A DNA stretch of 64,000 bases from Octopus vulgaris (taxonomy: Eukaryota), in the NCBI GenBank assembly GCA_951406725.2, contig OX597834.1:14198001-14262000 (forward strand). Direction: 5' to 3'. The notes beneath the pieces were generated by a model. The model worked only from the letters and a program-made list of their open reading frames with translations. It was not told where the DNA came from and searched no databases. Positions within the stretch are counted from its first letter, which is position 1, and the number at the start of each line of letters is the position of its first letter. The position numbers and the translations under genes were made by a program. Of the stretch, positions 13,938 to 28,080 are shown piece after piece.

Positions 13938-14110
13938 CATACATACATACATGCGTACAATGGGTAATTTAAGTTACTCTTTACCAAATCCACTCAAAAG
14001 ACTTTGGTCAGCTCGAGGGTATACTAGAAAACAAGTGCCCAAGGTGCCACGCAGAGTGACTGACCCGGGAATCCTGTGGTTAGTAAACAAGTTACTTACT
14101 ATACAGCCAT
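13680..14110 (-). mobile_element. SINE family A, diverged, with expanded internal microsatellite
   Basis: Tail at 13680-13745, GCCGAACCGC, head CCCAAGGTGCCACGCAG...CTTACTATACAGCCA. Confidence 0.8.
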
Positions 14111-14116
14111 ATATAT

Positions 14117-14248
<132 letters not shown>

Positions 14249-14936
14249 CGTATATATACATATATATGTTTATATATGTATGTATCAAGAAATTGTCATA
14301 CACTTTACTCCATCGAAATTCATTCTCGGAAATTCTGTCAGTTTTTTGCTGTAGAAAAAGACACTTGCCCATTGTGCCGGGCAGGGTGAGTGAACCTCAA
14401 ATCACCCGGATTGGAATCGATTATCGTAACCACAATGACACGCTCGCAAAATTTCTTCAAATTACGCTATTAAAATTCCACGCAATAGGCATTCTAATTG
14501 TTTCACTTTTTCATTCAATCAAGCATTTTATATCATTTGCCTCCTTGAGAGATCATGATCAACAATTTTTGCTACATAAAAGAAATTTCATTCAAAGGAA
14601 GAGAATGTATGAAGCGGTTCTTTGCCGACAATCTGTCTTAGCATTCATGACGCTGATGCCCCTGTAAAACGTCTAAGAATTATTTACGTGTCATATCAAG
14701 AAAAAAAAATATCGTAAAAGTTCGGTTTATGAATAGACTCATGACAGTGTCATTTGTTCAGAGTTCATCCGAAAGTAACCCCTCATGTCCTCTAAGTCAT
14801 GTTACAAGCAATTATATTCCAACGAACAATACATACATCACACAGGGAATGCTCATTATACTGGAGACAAAACAGAGCAAATAACATCATGATCCAAAAC
14901 CTGAAAAGAAGTAGTAAGTGCAATAGATATAAGACC

Positions 14937-14974
<38 letters not shown>

Positions 14975-15013
14975 ATGGTGGTAGTAGTAATAGTAGCAGT
15001 AGTAATGGTAATG

Positions 15014-15047
<34 letters not shown>

Positions 15048-15087
15048 CAGCAGCAGTAGTAGTATTTGTAGTAGTAGTAGCAGTAGT

Positions 15088-15128
<41 letters not shown>

Positions 15129-15132
15129 TAGT

Positions 15133-15197
<65 letters not shown>

Positions 15198-15207
15198 CAG
15201 CAGCAGC

Positions 15208-15245
<38 letters not shown>

Positions 15246-15450
15246 CAGCAGCAGGAGTAGTAGTGGTAGACCCATTGATAATGTTTCTACCCTAGGCACA
15301 ACGCCCGAAATCTTTGGGAAAGATGACACTCGATCAGATCGAATCCAGTACGCAACTGGTAGTTAATTCATCGACCCAGAAAGACTGAAAGGTTTAGTCG
15401 GTATAATCGGTTTTCAATGGCTTTTCTTATACTACTACTACTACTACTAT

Positions 15451-15497
<47 letters not shown>

Positions 15498-15613
15498 GCA
15501 TCGTCTGAGCAGTGGTCTCACGACCCTCCTTTCGGTATTCCTCATGAGAAGTGTGTGAGTTCGACCATGTCTCAATCTCGTGTGTGCTGATACAGCAGCG
15601 ACTCCGTCTAAGA

Positions 15614-15651
15614 ATATCTGAAGAAGGAATATTTTTTCCGAAATATCATAT
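15614..15651 (+). ncRNA. Minimal type I hammerhead ribozyme motif
   Basis: ATAT-CTGAAGA-A-GGAA(TATTTT)TTCC-GAAA-TA-TC/ATAT; stem I ATAT:ATAT, extendable by GTCT:AGAC; palindromic stem III. Confidence 0.6.
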
Positions 15652-15739
15652 CAGACTATGGATGACTAAAGTACAACAGGTATATATCCCATTGTCTGTA
15701 TTATAATGCATTGATGTACCATTCAAGACATTTTATTCT

Positions 15740-15794
<55 letters not shown>

Positions 15795-16035
15795 TACATA
15801 AATATATGTATGTATGTATATATGTATGTATATATGTACTTGTTGTAGACGCATAAATCTCAATATATTGTGTAATATTCAATATATCAGAGATTCAGGC
15901 GATTTCCTAATAACAATGTCCAGGAGTATTTTAGCAGAAATTCCGAATCCATTGTAAGATATTCGAAGGGACAATAGACAAACAAGAGTCGTATTTCAAG
16001 TAGATTCAATATCTAACCAGATAAAAGTACATTTC

Positions 16036-16289
<254 letters not shown>

Positions 16290-16608
16290 TGTATATATAT
16301 ATTCATGTATATATTCAGAAGCACACACATATGTGCGCATACGTGCACGAACGTATATAATAGCTTTTCTGTTTTTGTTTTTTTTTATCAATTTAACAAC
16401 GTATTTCCTATTATAGTTCTCATTTTTCCTCTTTATTCCATTATTCACTCGTATATATTTTTGTTCTCTTTGGAAATTCATTTTATTTATTCACAAATAT
16501 TTTGTTTTGTGTATCTTAATTCGTCTTGATACAAACTTATATGGTGAAGGTGACAGAGACAGATAAATATCCGCGAGTGAAGGTCGCTGTGTTGTGAGTG
16601 TTTCTGTT

Positions 16609-16643
<35 letters not shown>

Positions 16644-16732
16644 TATATATATGTATATTATATATATATATATATATATTATATATAAATAAATATATAT
16701 ATATATACATATATATATGAATATAAATATAA

Positions 16733-16805
<73 letters not shown>

Positions 16806-16808
<3 letters not shown>

Positions 16809-17522
16809 GAAAGAATGGAGTCTAACGACGATTTAACAAAATTCCTTTATTCTCGACATATGTTTCGAAGACTGCATATTCCTAATTCCGAAGGAATAAG
16901 GGGTGCATTATGCCGCCTTCTTATCAGGAAAGACAAGGAACTTATGTCAGCATCATGACGAACAAAAAGTTTTAGATGACTGCCCACACGGAGTCCATAG
17001 TGATAATGAGTGTTTCTTTAAAATATTCCGTTATAAGCAGTGACGTCAAAATTGGTTGAATGGAGAAGATTCTAGAAAGTTCAAGAGTTCAAAAAAGGTT
17101 GGAAGGGGAGAGTTCTAAGAATAGGAAGGTGACAGGTTGCAAGTCGTATGTATGGTCATGTGTTGTTGTTTGCTTATGCTAATGAGATTGAGTGCCTATG
17201 TTTGTGTATGTATATAACTGCATTCGTGTCTATGTGTGTGTATGTGTGTGCGTGATTGTGTGTGTGGAGGGATAGATGCTAAATACAACTAGTGGTGAAG
17301 TGACAGGTTTGTGTCTGTGTGTTTGATTGTGCTTACGATAGAGAGAGGGAGAGAGAGAGAGAGGGGGGAGAGGTAGTGAGACTTAAAAAAACACAGAAAT
17401 TTCCACACGAAAGCACGTGATCTCTGCCCTTGGCATGTAGCTTCAACCGTGTTTTCTGACGTGAATTTGCTACCCAGGTATCGGTTAACCGAATTATCCA
17501 TACTAGGATAATTCATTCAACT
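16806..17522 (-). mobile_element. ~720-bp non-coding HHR-bearing element (Penelope-like/retrozyme-like), family K
   Basis: Both ends recur together at 37432-37862; bounded by (AT)n on both sides; contains an HHR motif. Confidence 0.7.
16850..16931 (-). ncRNA. Hammerhead motif with G8A core change (probably inactive)
   Basis: TTTC-CTGATAA-GAAGGCGGCATA...TATGCAGTCTTC-GAAA-CATATG-TC/GAGA. Confidence 0.7.
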
Positions 17523-17959
17523 ATATATATATACAAAAAAGGGTGAAATATAATTAATTCAATAAAATTAATAAATAGCAGCCAAATTGATCACTATTTC
17601 TCCTACTAATAAAAAAGTCTCCACAAACAAACAGAATTTGTAACGCAGGTATATAATTATGCATGTGCGCATGTGCATACCCATTGGCAAACGCTTAAGT
17701 TTTTATTTGTGTCTACAGTAATCCCTCACCATAATCCCTCGCCATGCTTCACCTATCGCGCACTCAGTACATCGCGGATTTTTCTGGCTAATATATGTAA
17801 ATTCATATCGCGGACTCCTCAGTATAGCGCGGATTTTTGCGTTCCATTGGTATTTATATATTTTATATTTTAAATATTTCTGTGGGAGATTTTGGAACGC
17901 AACATCCACAATAGTCGAGGGAGTACTCTATATTTTCCATACCTTGTTTCATTCGTATC

Positions 17960-18870
17960 CATGTCATTTGTCATGCATAATATCTTCCAATTCTGCTTTA
18001 TTCTTTACATATTTTCCTCTTCATTTCTCTCGACTTACCTGTTATTTCCCATCCTTTCATCGTACACATCTATTTCTCGTTCTTTCTTCTCATTTCTTTA
18101 CGTTCATGTTCAGTTTCTTTTTTTCTCCTTTTGCTTTCCTTCTTCTCTTTCTACTTCCAATACCTCTCCTATCTTTTTCCTTTCTTTCACTCCTTCCTTT
18201 TCATCCTGTTTCTTCATCCCTTCTCTTCCTTCTCCCTCCTTTTTCCTTCCATCTTTTCTTTCCCCTTGTGCTACTCTCATTATCCTTCACGCCAACCTCT
18301 TTGTTCTTTTCTTCCTCCCTCTTCTTCACCACTCTACCTCTTTCTCTCCTCTTTTGCTTCTGTTTACTGTTTCCTACTCTTCCTCTTCTTTTTGTCTTCT
18401 TTCTAATTCTCATTCCTTCTCCTTCGCATTTTCCATCCTTTTTTCAACTACCTTCACTCTTTACTTCGTTTTCATCTCTTTTTTTAATTGTCCATTTACT
18501 TTTCTTCTTTTTGTTCTACCACCACCAACACCAACACCAACACCCCTACAACTACATTGCCACTGCTACTGGTGTTGCTACTATTACCACTTCGTTCTGA
18601 TTATTCTCCTATTATTTTTAGTGTTGTTAGGTATTTGTTTACTTTCCATCCTTTAATTTCTGCTTTCTTTTTTCTAATGTAATGTTGCTTTTCTTCCTCT
18701 CCTGTTGCTCGTCCCCTTTTTCATCCCATTTTTTTGTTTATTTTTCATCCACACCATCGTTATTCCTCCATTTCTCCTCATCACCATTATTATCATTCTA
18801 TTGCTCTTTCCTGCATCCTGCCTTCTCTTTTCGGTTATATTTCAATCCCCTTCTGGTTATGTGAGCATTT
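17960..18870. repeat. Long pyrimidine-rich low-complexity tract
   Basis: About 900 bp dominated by C/T on the + strand; explains the F/S/L-rich pseudo-ORFs. Confidence 0.85.
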
Positions 18871-19239
18871 ATTTGTTATGTTTAACTAAAAACAATCACA
18901 TACAAGCTTATTCAGTTCTATTCCCTACGGTTAAATTACCTACCTAAAGATTATTTCTAAATTATATCAATCCCTACGAGTAATAGATGAATGTTGCCAT
19001 TTTCTGCAAGGTTGCAATTCAGTGAGAGAAATGCTGTAAGGTAAAATGGAAATTAAACTTTTAAAACCCGAAGCTCATGTTTATTTATCCTGTAACATTC
19101 CAAACCCATATTATACATGATTGCAAACGATTAAGAATTTTATGGACTCCATAATAAGTAAACAAAAATATTCTTCTTGAAAACACCTTCATATCAAATT
19201 CAAAATTTTAATCCCACCAAATTAATTTTTCTTTCCTTT

Positions 19240-19735
19240 CTACTTTAGACACAAGGCTCGAAATTTTGAGGGAGGGGGCCAGTTGATTTGATCGATTCCA
19301 GTAGGCAACTGGTATTTAATTCATCGACCCAGAAAGGATGAAAGGCAAAGTCGACCTAGGCGGTATTTGAACTCAGAACGTTAAGACAGAACGTAAAATC
19401 TAAGCATTTCGTCCGGCGTGCTTACGTTTATTATTTTTTTATTGGCGACAAGGGGCTAAACATAGAGGGGACAAACAAGAACAGACAATCGGTGCGTAAC
19501 TGGTACTTATTTTATCGACCCCGAAATTATGAGAGGCAAAGTCGACCTCGGCGGAATTTGAACTCAGAACGTAACGCCAGGGGAAATACCTATCTCTTTA
19601 CCACCTACAAGGGGCTAAACACAGAGAGGGCAAATACGGACAGACAAACGGATTAAGTCGATTACATCGACCCCACTGCGTAACTGGTACTTAATTTATA
19701 GAGCCCGAAAGCATGAAAGGCAAAGTCGACCTTTG
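19240..19735 (-). mobile_element. Cluster of three nested/tandem SINE family B copies
   Basis: Three occurrences of ..GAAAGGCAAAGTCGACCT.. near 19340, 19532 and 19715. Confidence 0.85.
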
Positions 19736-20425
19736 TGTATGTCTGTGTGTATATGTGTGATATACTTTGGTTATATACGTTGTTTGGCAATTGAATAAAA
19801 TGTAATCTCCAGAGACCTATTCCACTGAGCAATGTCTACCTTCCAATATTATTCAGAAAAGAATTTTCTTTTTTACCAAAATGAATCCGTGAATCATAAA
19901 TTCTCGGGACACCGAGTAAAATCAGGCTAATTATGATTAATGAAGACACGTGTCTCCAGTTACAAGGCACTTCATGGTGCAAATCGGCTCGTGCCAGAGT
20001 CCAATAAACTGAAAATATAAACTGTAAATGCGTGTGCGTGAGTGTGTTTGTATGAAAATGTGTGAGCGTTTGTGTGAATGTTTGTGTGTGTATGTGTGTG
20101 TGTATGTCTGTGAGTGTGAGTGTGTGTGAGAGAGTGTGTCAGTGTGTGTACGTGAATGTGTATGTGAATGTGTGTTTGAGTTTGTGCATAAAACAAAAAA
20201 CCTCATTACTAGACTGTTTGTTGTTATCGTTTAGGTCTTTCTCGTACTCATCATAAACCTCTTCTACGTCGTCGTACTCCATTCATCATCATCATCATTA
20301 TTATCATCATCATCATCGTGATCATCATCATCATCATCATCGCCATCGTCATTGTCATCATCATCATCAATCAGCATCATCATCATCATCGTCGTCGTCG
20401 TCGTCGTCATCATCATCATCATCAT

Positions 20426-20537
20426 CAATCATTATCAGTATCATCATCATCATCAATCATTATCAGTATCATCATCATCATCAATCATTATCAGTATCAT
20501 CATCATCATCAATCATTATCAGTATCATCATCATCAT
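20426..20537. repeat. 28-bp minisatellite x4 within (CAT)n
   Basis: CAATCATTATCAGTATCATCATCATCAT at 20426, 20454, 20482 and 20510. Confidence 0.9.
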
Positions 20538-20905
20538 CATCATCGTCGTCGTCGTCATCATCATCATCATCATCAATCCTTATCATTACCATCATTATTG
20601 TTGTCCTTTTCGGCTAAATTGTTATGATCATGAACTATGAGATTCCCTTCAAATTTACCCCACGTCTTATTAATCGGAGTTATAGATCTTGTGGTTACTG
20701 TTTCCGCAGACCTGTACCTGGAGTAAAACGATTAATATTCTACAATACTCAACTATAGTTAATCAGTTTAAGATATACGATTCTTGAGTCAAATATACAC
20801 GCCTCTACAACATTATCTATATTTATAATATACCTATGTATTTATGCATGTAGTATTTCTCTCTCACACACACACACTCTCTCTCCCTCTCTCTCTCTCT
20901 CTCTC

Positions 20906-20946
<41 letters not shown>

Positions 20947-21110
20947 GCACGCATATATGTATTCATATATATGTATCCGTGTACATATTCATGTATCTAT
21001 GTGTGTATATATATATATATTTGTATATATATATAAATATATATATTTATATATATGTATATATACATACATATTACACGAATACGTTTATACATTACTA
21101 TATATTCATG

Positions 21111-21201
<91 letters not shown>

Positions 21202-21426
21202 AAATATGGAACACAAGAAATATATTGGTTTTCACGGTCGCAATTTGTCACTTACAGGAGTGATTTCATTTATCACTGATTTAGTTGAGGAGTGGAAGAC
21301 TAATCTGTTAGTTACAGCTAAGAACATTTCTACCCAACGGTATTAAAAGTAGTTTTGAATGAATGCGCTAAACGTAAATTAAATCCTGCAGTATTATTGT
21401 TGTCACGATCGTCAGAACCTGCTTTC

Positions 21427-21465
<39 letters not shown>

Positions 21466-21716
21466 AGGTGATCTGGAACTAAATTCTGTTTTTAAATGTC
21501 TTGTTTCGAGAGCTGCATTCGGTAAGATTCGTTTATTTTTTGGTAGTTATGACTTTAAAAGTCCCTCCTAGCGTGTGGCATTCATGTGTAATATATAATA
21601 TAAATAAATATTTTCAAGTGAAAAAATTTACAGATTTTTTCTCTTATGAGGTTTTTCACGCTAACTACCTAATAATTTCTTATTAAGATTTCTTATTAAG
21701 ATTTTATCCTAATTTT

Positions 21717-21771
<55 letters not shown>

Positions 21772-21871
21772 ACAAAGGGTGAAAATTAATTAATTAAGAA
21801 GTAATCAGTAATTTCACCAGTTAGAATTCGGCATGTAAAGGATCAATTCATGGTAAGTTTAAGTAATACTA

Positions 21872-22133
21872 AATAATTAGGGTTCAGCAACGATATGCCT
21901 CACCACACACCGAATTTAGAAATAGCAGTCAAAAAGTCTTAGCTATTCCTTCTACTTTAAAGGGAGATCCCAGTAGAAACCAAAGCACTCAAGAACAAAC
22001 CACGCAGTAAAAGAGAAAGAAATGACGAAAATCATTCTAAGGCAACTTAATATAGAATTTAATACAGTCTTTTTGACTGCTATTTCTAAATTCGGTGTGT
22101 GGTGAGGAAAATCGTTGCTGAACCCTAATTATT
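21872..22133. repeat. Inverted repeat with ~65-bp arms inside an (AT)n-anchored element
   Basis: 21872-21936 is the near-perfect reverse complement of 22069-22133. Confidence 0.9.
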
Positions 22134-22144
22134 AGGTATATTCG

Positions 22145-22347
22145 CCATGTTGATTCGCTAATTTCTGCACGCATTTTTTTCTCTCCTTGTTTCTCTCCGT
22201 GTTTCTTTTCTGTGTATCTTTCTGTTGAAGAGCGTAGGCTCGAAACGTAAAAGACTTTTATTTATATTCCTGAGCGCCATACTAATACAATTGTTTGTTT
22301 ATATTCCACCTGCCTTCGTCTTTTGTTTATTTTCATAAATCTTCCCG

Positions 22348-22349
<2 letters not shown>
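22145..22349 (+). mobile_element. ~200-bp repeat family F with a hammerhead-like motif at 22217-22254
   Basis: TCTTT-CTGTTGA-A-GAGC(GTAG)GCTC-GAAA-CG-TA/AAAGA; other copies at 47043, 58626 and 60365. Confidence 0.8.
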
Positions 22350-22420
<71 letters not shown>

Positions 22421-22423
<3 letters not shown>

Positions 22424-22800
22424 TAGTTCCTGCTCAGACCTGCAGCGACGCTGATGCACCGATGTTTTGCTGCACTGTTATTACTGAGAGCCTCCTCTAA
22501 TATGTGGCAATTGGTGAAGAATGGAGTTTGATATAGCTACCCTCACTTCACCGCTTGCCATGAGGTAGGTTCATCTGGGACTCTCGACAGGAAGAGGTCC
22601 AGCTTTGATTTAAAAAACACTACATGTACTTTGTGCAAGTTCCTCAGAGTCTTTGGGAGAATATTTAAAAGCCGTGAGCCCTTAAAACCCAGGCTGTTAC
22701 AGTAACTGGCATTGAAGCGTGATGGCATTGCTGGGATCTTTGGCACTATGCAGTGTCGTCCCCTTCTGGCATTGGCGTAGCTTTTAAGGCCACAATTTAG
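22421..22800 (-). mobile_element. CR1-group LINE 3' end (ORF2 C-terminus plus 3' UTR)
   Basis: RRGRHCIVPKIP...NSLGFKGSRLLNILPKTLRNL...FKSKLDLFLSRVPDEP, resembling the LFNxLP / FKxxLDxFL / VPDEP pattern. Confidence 0.8.
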
Positions 22801-23337
22801 ATGGATGCATAGATCCATATATAAGCGTTTGCGTGCGCGCAAGTCCTTTATATTAATGCCTATAACAACTATATATATTTTTAACACGCCAATTTACTTC
22901 TTGTACATCGTTAAAACTGCATGATTAAAAACAAGACGAGTTTGTTATGCGTCTGTCTATATTTTTCTTTTAATTCCTTGCGTTGCATCTATTTGTCTTA
23001 TTATAAGGAGACGAAAGTGTTCTTCAAGTTCTTAGAATTAAAAAAAAATCAATATAATTCTTAAATACGATTGTTCTCCTAGACTTAAGTAATCAGAAAT
23101 ATTACACGTAACAACCAAAAACTTCTCAGGTAAAAGAGATTTTACTTAGGCATTTCACTAAGTCGCCAGTGATTTCTACTTCTCAAACTATGTTAGTATC
23201 TCCAATAAAGTTACTTGTTACTGCAAACATCTAGTACGCTTTACCTACCAATGCTGCTGAAGTTTATCTCGATATTGTACCTTTTTTTGGTGCTGCTTCT
23301 AGGTGAGTTCGAATCATGCTGTCATATGTGCAACCCT

Positions 23338-23603
23338 GTGGAGGCGCAATGGCCCAATGGTTAAGGCAGCGCATTCGCGGTCGTAAGAGTGCGGTTTCGA
23401 TTCCCAGACCGGGAGATGTGAGTGTTTATTGAGCGAAAACACCTAAAGCTCCACGAGTCTCCGGCAGGGGGTGGTGGCGATCCCTGCTCGCTTGGCCAGC
23501 GGGGTGGCGTCATTTGAAGGCTAAAACAATGCGAAGCGCATTGTGACCAGCGATGTGTAGCAACATCTGATAGCCTGGTTGGTCACGATGATCACAGTGA
23601 TGT
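23338..23603 (+). mobile_element. tRNA-headed SINE family C with an alternative tail
   Basis: GGAGGCGCAATGGCCCAATGG...GGTTTCGATTCCCAGACC...GAGCGAAAACACCTAAAGCTCCACGAG; 3' part differs from the 30632 copy. Confidence 0.85.
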
Positions 23604-23774
23604 GTAATCTTATTTTGTCACTGGCCATCAGATATTTTGAGCTAGTAATGAACTAATGTTGGAAACATACCAAATATAATTTTGGTGGTACCTTTGCGTA
23701 AGAATTCCAAGACATTTGGCAGTGGTTGTTGCAGGATCAACGCCATGATATGCGTGTGTGCAGTAACAAGTATC

Positions 23775-23855
<81 letters not shown>

Positions 23856-23945
23856 CATATCAAAGGTAAATGGAAATTAATTAAAATTTACATTTCCAGT
23901 GGTGTAACGTGTAAAAAATTTAGTCAAAATGACTATATATTAGTT

Positions 23946-24144
23946 ATACGATATAGTGTATATACACGTAAGATATCCACTTATAGGAATTCAACACGCT
24001 AGAAAGAACAGCTAGGTCCTATAAAGAACCTAGTTATAAAGAACCTATAACGAACCTGGTTATAGAACCTAGCTGTTCTTTCTAGCGTGTTGAATTCCTA
24101 TAAGTGGATTCCTTATGTGTTTAGATATACACTCTATCGTATAT
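23946..24144. repeat. Inverted repeat, ~75-bp arms, ~40-bp spacer
   Basis: ATCCACTTATAGGAATTCAACACGCTAGAAAGAACAGCTAGGT and its reverse complement at 24068-24110. Confidence 0.9.
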
Positions 24145-24309
24145 ATATATATATACGTATTGAGGTTATAAGAGATAATGGTGTCATTGAGACACGAAAG
24201 TGTCAGGTAACGCTGAATACGTGGTATAGACAGACCGTAGTTAAGTTCCAGGTTGGGTGATTTTGCGAATAAAGGGTTCAACGTTGGTCATTATGTCAGC
24301 GTGTTTACA

Positions 24310-24602
24310 TAAGAATTTTTGGCGTAATGCGATAAAAGAAAACCGAGTCTGTGTAGATATTGGAACATTTATAGATAGAAGGTCTATCCCTACATATCTC
24401 CCATTTATTTTCTTTCGTCCACCTCACTCTCTATTTTGCATTCTATCTAAATTAACTCTTACTTCACCATCCTCTCACACCGTCTCCGATTAAGGGATAT
24501 TATTAATAAATATCCATGAAACAGCTGTTAGATCTTCTATCTGTAAATGCTTTAAAATCTACACAGCCTTGGTTTTTTATCTCATTACGCAAAAAATTCT
24601 TA
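24310..24602. mobile_element. Diverged inverted-repeat element with a degenerate hammerhead at 24482-24533 (+)
   Basis: Arms 24310-24386 and 24529-24602; GTCT-CCGATTA-AGGGATATT..AATATCCAT-GAAA-CAGCTG-TT/AGAT. Confidence 0.65.
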
Positions 24603-24605
24603 TAC

Positions 24606-24639
<34 letters not shown>

Positions 24640-24718
24640 TACAAAATGAAAGAATAAAAGAAAGGTATATGCACATACACATACACACAGACACACAAAC
24701 ACACACACATGTATATAC

Positions 24719-24756
<38 letters not shown>

Positions 24757-24795
24757 ATGTATGTATATATATATATATATACATACATACGTATT

Positions 24796-24839
<44 letters not shown>

Positions 24840-24866
24840 TATATATACATACATATATATATATAT

Positions 24867-24897
<31 letters not shown>

Positions 24898-24944
24898 AAC
24901 AATATATATATATATATATAAACATATATACACATATATATATT

Positions 24945-24994
<50 letters not shown>

Positions 24995-25149
24995 TATATA
25001 CATATATACATATATATATTTACATATATATATATATATATATATATTGCCTTCCTTTATAAGTTGTTGCCGGAAACTAAACTATAACTGTTGAAATACC
25101 GACAGTGATACGTTTTGAATTAAGTTGGTTTCCAAAAATAACCCAATAA

Positions 25150-26020
25150 CCCTGGCAATGCCTTCTGTTTCAGCTCTACATCTGCTAACTCTGTCGTTCT
25201 TCTACATATTGACGTTCATTGTAAGCATTCTTTTCTTCTGTGCCATTCATTAATTCTGTGATTCTTTCATTCTCTATGTCAGCTCCTCTTCCCTCGTAAT
25301 TTTTTTTCTTTCTACGTTTTCTTTCTATGCGGATTCTTATTTAAATTTCATTTTTATTCTTAATACTTTTGTTTGCTTTTCGTTGTTGTTTTAGTTGATT
25401 TTGCTATTGTATTCCTTGCTGTATTCTCTGGCCTGCAAACATAGTTCTTCGTAAATAGTATACATTTAGCCATTCATTATCATTATCTAGTTAGAAGACT
25501 TTTTTTTTATTCTCTATTCTCGTCTAGTTGGACACAAGTAATTGCAAGTATTCATTTATAAATCATTCAATTATATCAATGCATCTGAAAGAAACCACTG
25601 TATATAGCAAAACCAGTTTTTTGTTTCTTTGTTTTTTGTTTTTTTTTTCATCTTCTCTATTGCTGTTGGGGACTTAGTTATTTGTTATTCTACATTCTGA
25701 GTTTCGTTTCGTTCGATCTCACTTCAATCGTAGAAATTTCTGTTCGATCTTAAGCAAAAAGCTAGGCACAAACCTTCTCTTCAATGCTTTGTCTTAATTC
25801 TATTAGTTCCCAGAACTTCACAACAACCATTCACTGCATCTCTGCAGCGTTTTCTCCGGTCTTCAAAAGAGGCCTTTTTTCTCTCAATAATTCTCACATC
25901 TTCTAAACTCCGTACATTTTTATATTGCCTCTTCTTTTTAATTTCTTTGTAAATCTCTCTCTTTAACTTTTTATTTACAGGTTCAACGTTCTAAAAATCT
26001 TAATCGAGAAAACATTGGGA
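25150..26020 (-). pseudogene. Possible ancient, heavily degraded R4/Dong-type RT fragment
   Basis: Scattered minus-strand peptides in the expected order (KREIYKEIKK, REG, NETKLRM, RAETEGI); many stops and frameshifts. Confidence 0.3.
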
Positions 26021-27314
26021 GTATATTTAGATAACATTCTTTTCTAATCCATCCTTTAAACTTACTTATAATAATCAATTAACCTCATTTAAATCAAACT
26101 ATGGTATCTACGTTTTCTATTTTAGTAGTCTTCTGGTAGTTCTCTTTCTGATTTTAGTTGTTTACTTATAAAATGCTGATTACGAGTGAACTTTCTGAGT
26201 CAGTTAACTTTTAATGAGCCGTGTTCACGTATGACCGTCCTATTGCATCTTATCTTGGATTACATCATTTCATGAGCTTTGTTTTTTGCTATCATTTTAT
26301 TTGTTTTACTCAGAAAAAGTATTTAGTCGCTAATTCTAACAAGTCGTCGATCTAATTAAATAGCTTATTTATTGACTCTCAGATTAAGGGGGAAATGTAT
26401 GAATTTTTTATGTATTTTTGTCTACAGTGAAATATGAAAATACACATCTACAATAAAATTTAGACGATGAAAAATTTCAAAAATACAGATTATCATCTAT
26501 GACGTAAAAGTGACTGACGATTATCGATTGGATATTAATAATTTTTTTATATAAATTGAATGAGGAAATAAAATCCAATGTGTTTATTTATTGGTTTTTG
26601 ACGATGTTATCAGATGAACCAATACGTTATTTAGTGCACACATTTATTGCCCTATTGATTGTTTAATACTGCCGTTACAGCGTACAATTAAGTATTAATT
26701 CTCTGTATTCATGTTGCGTTATCTTCTGTTGAGAGCTTGTTGTATACTTTATGGCTGCATACAGGAGAATCTATGCAAAACTATTCAACGCACTAGAAAA
26801 ATAATTACCCTGACTAAGCTATAATAAACCGAATTAATATTAAATAAAACCTGCAATAAAGTCAACATTGTTTGCTTTACGGCAGTAAAGAAATTGTGTT
26901 GCTATTTTCCCCCGTTATTAATTGCTGGTATATTTACTTCTAAACATGTATAGAAAACGAAAACAAATGCCCACAGATTCTTCGACAATACATCTAGATC
27001 CCTGTAATTAACACTTCACGAATCACACACTTGCATTTAATGAATGAATGCATTAGCATTTGTAAGGCTTGGCAGCAGAAGTATTATTACTCGTTCTTGT
27101 AATGAAGATGGATTGTCGAACACTTAGAAAAGCGAACAAAGTTTACTGTCTGGTTATTCCCTTTTAGCACAACATGCTGCCCACCTTATTCTTTTCAAAT
27201 TTCTGGATCACTATACAAGTACTTGATTAAAACTGCGGTGACTCCAATGGACTATTCTATCTCGCCAAATGTACGCGTCCTTGTTGATTCATACAGTTTT
27301 ATTATTTTATATTT

Positions 27315-28080
<766 letters not shown>

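Noticed and set aside
17892-18656. 254-aa hydrophobic ORF resembling a membrane protein
   Set aside because: By-product of a C/T-rich low-complexity tract that is open in several frames
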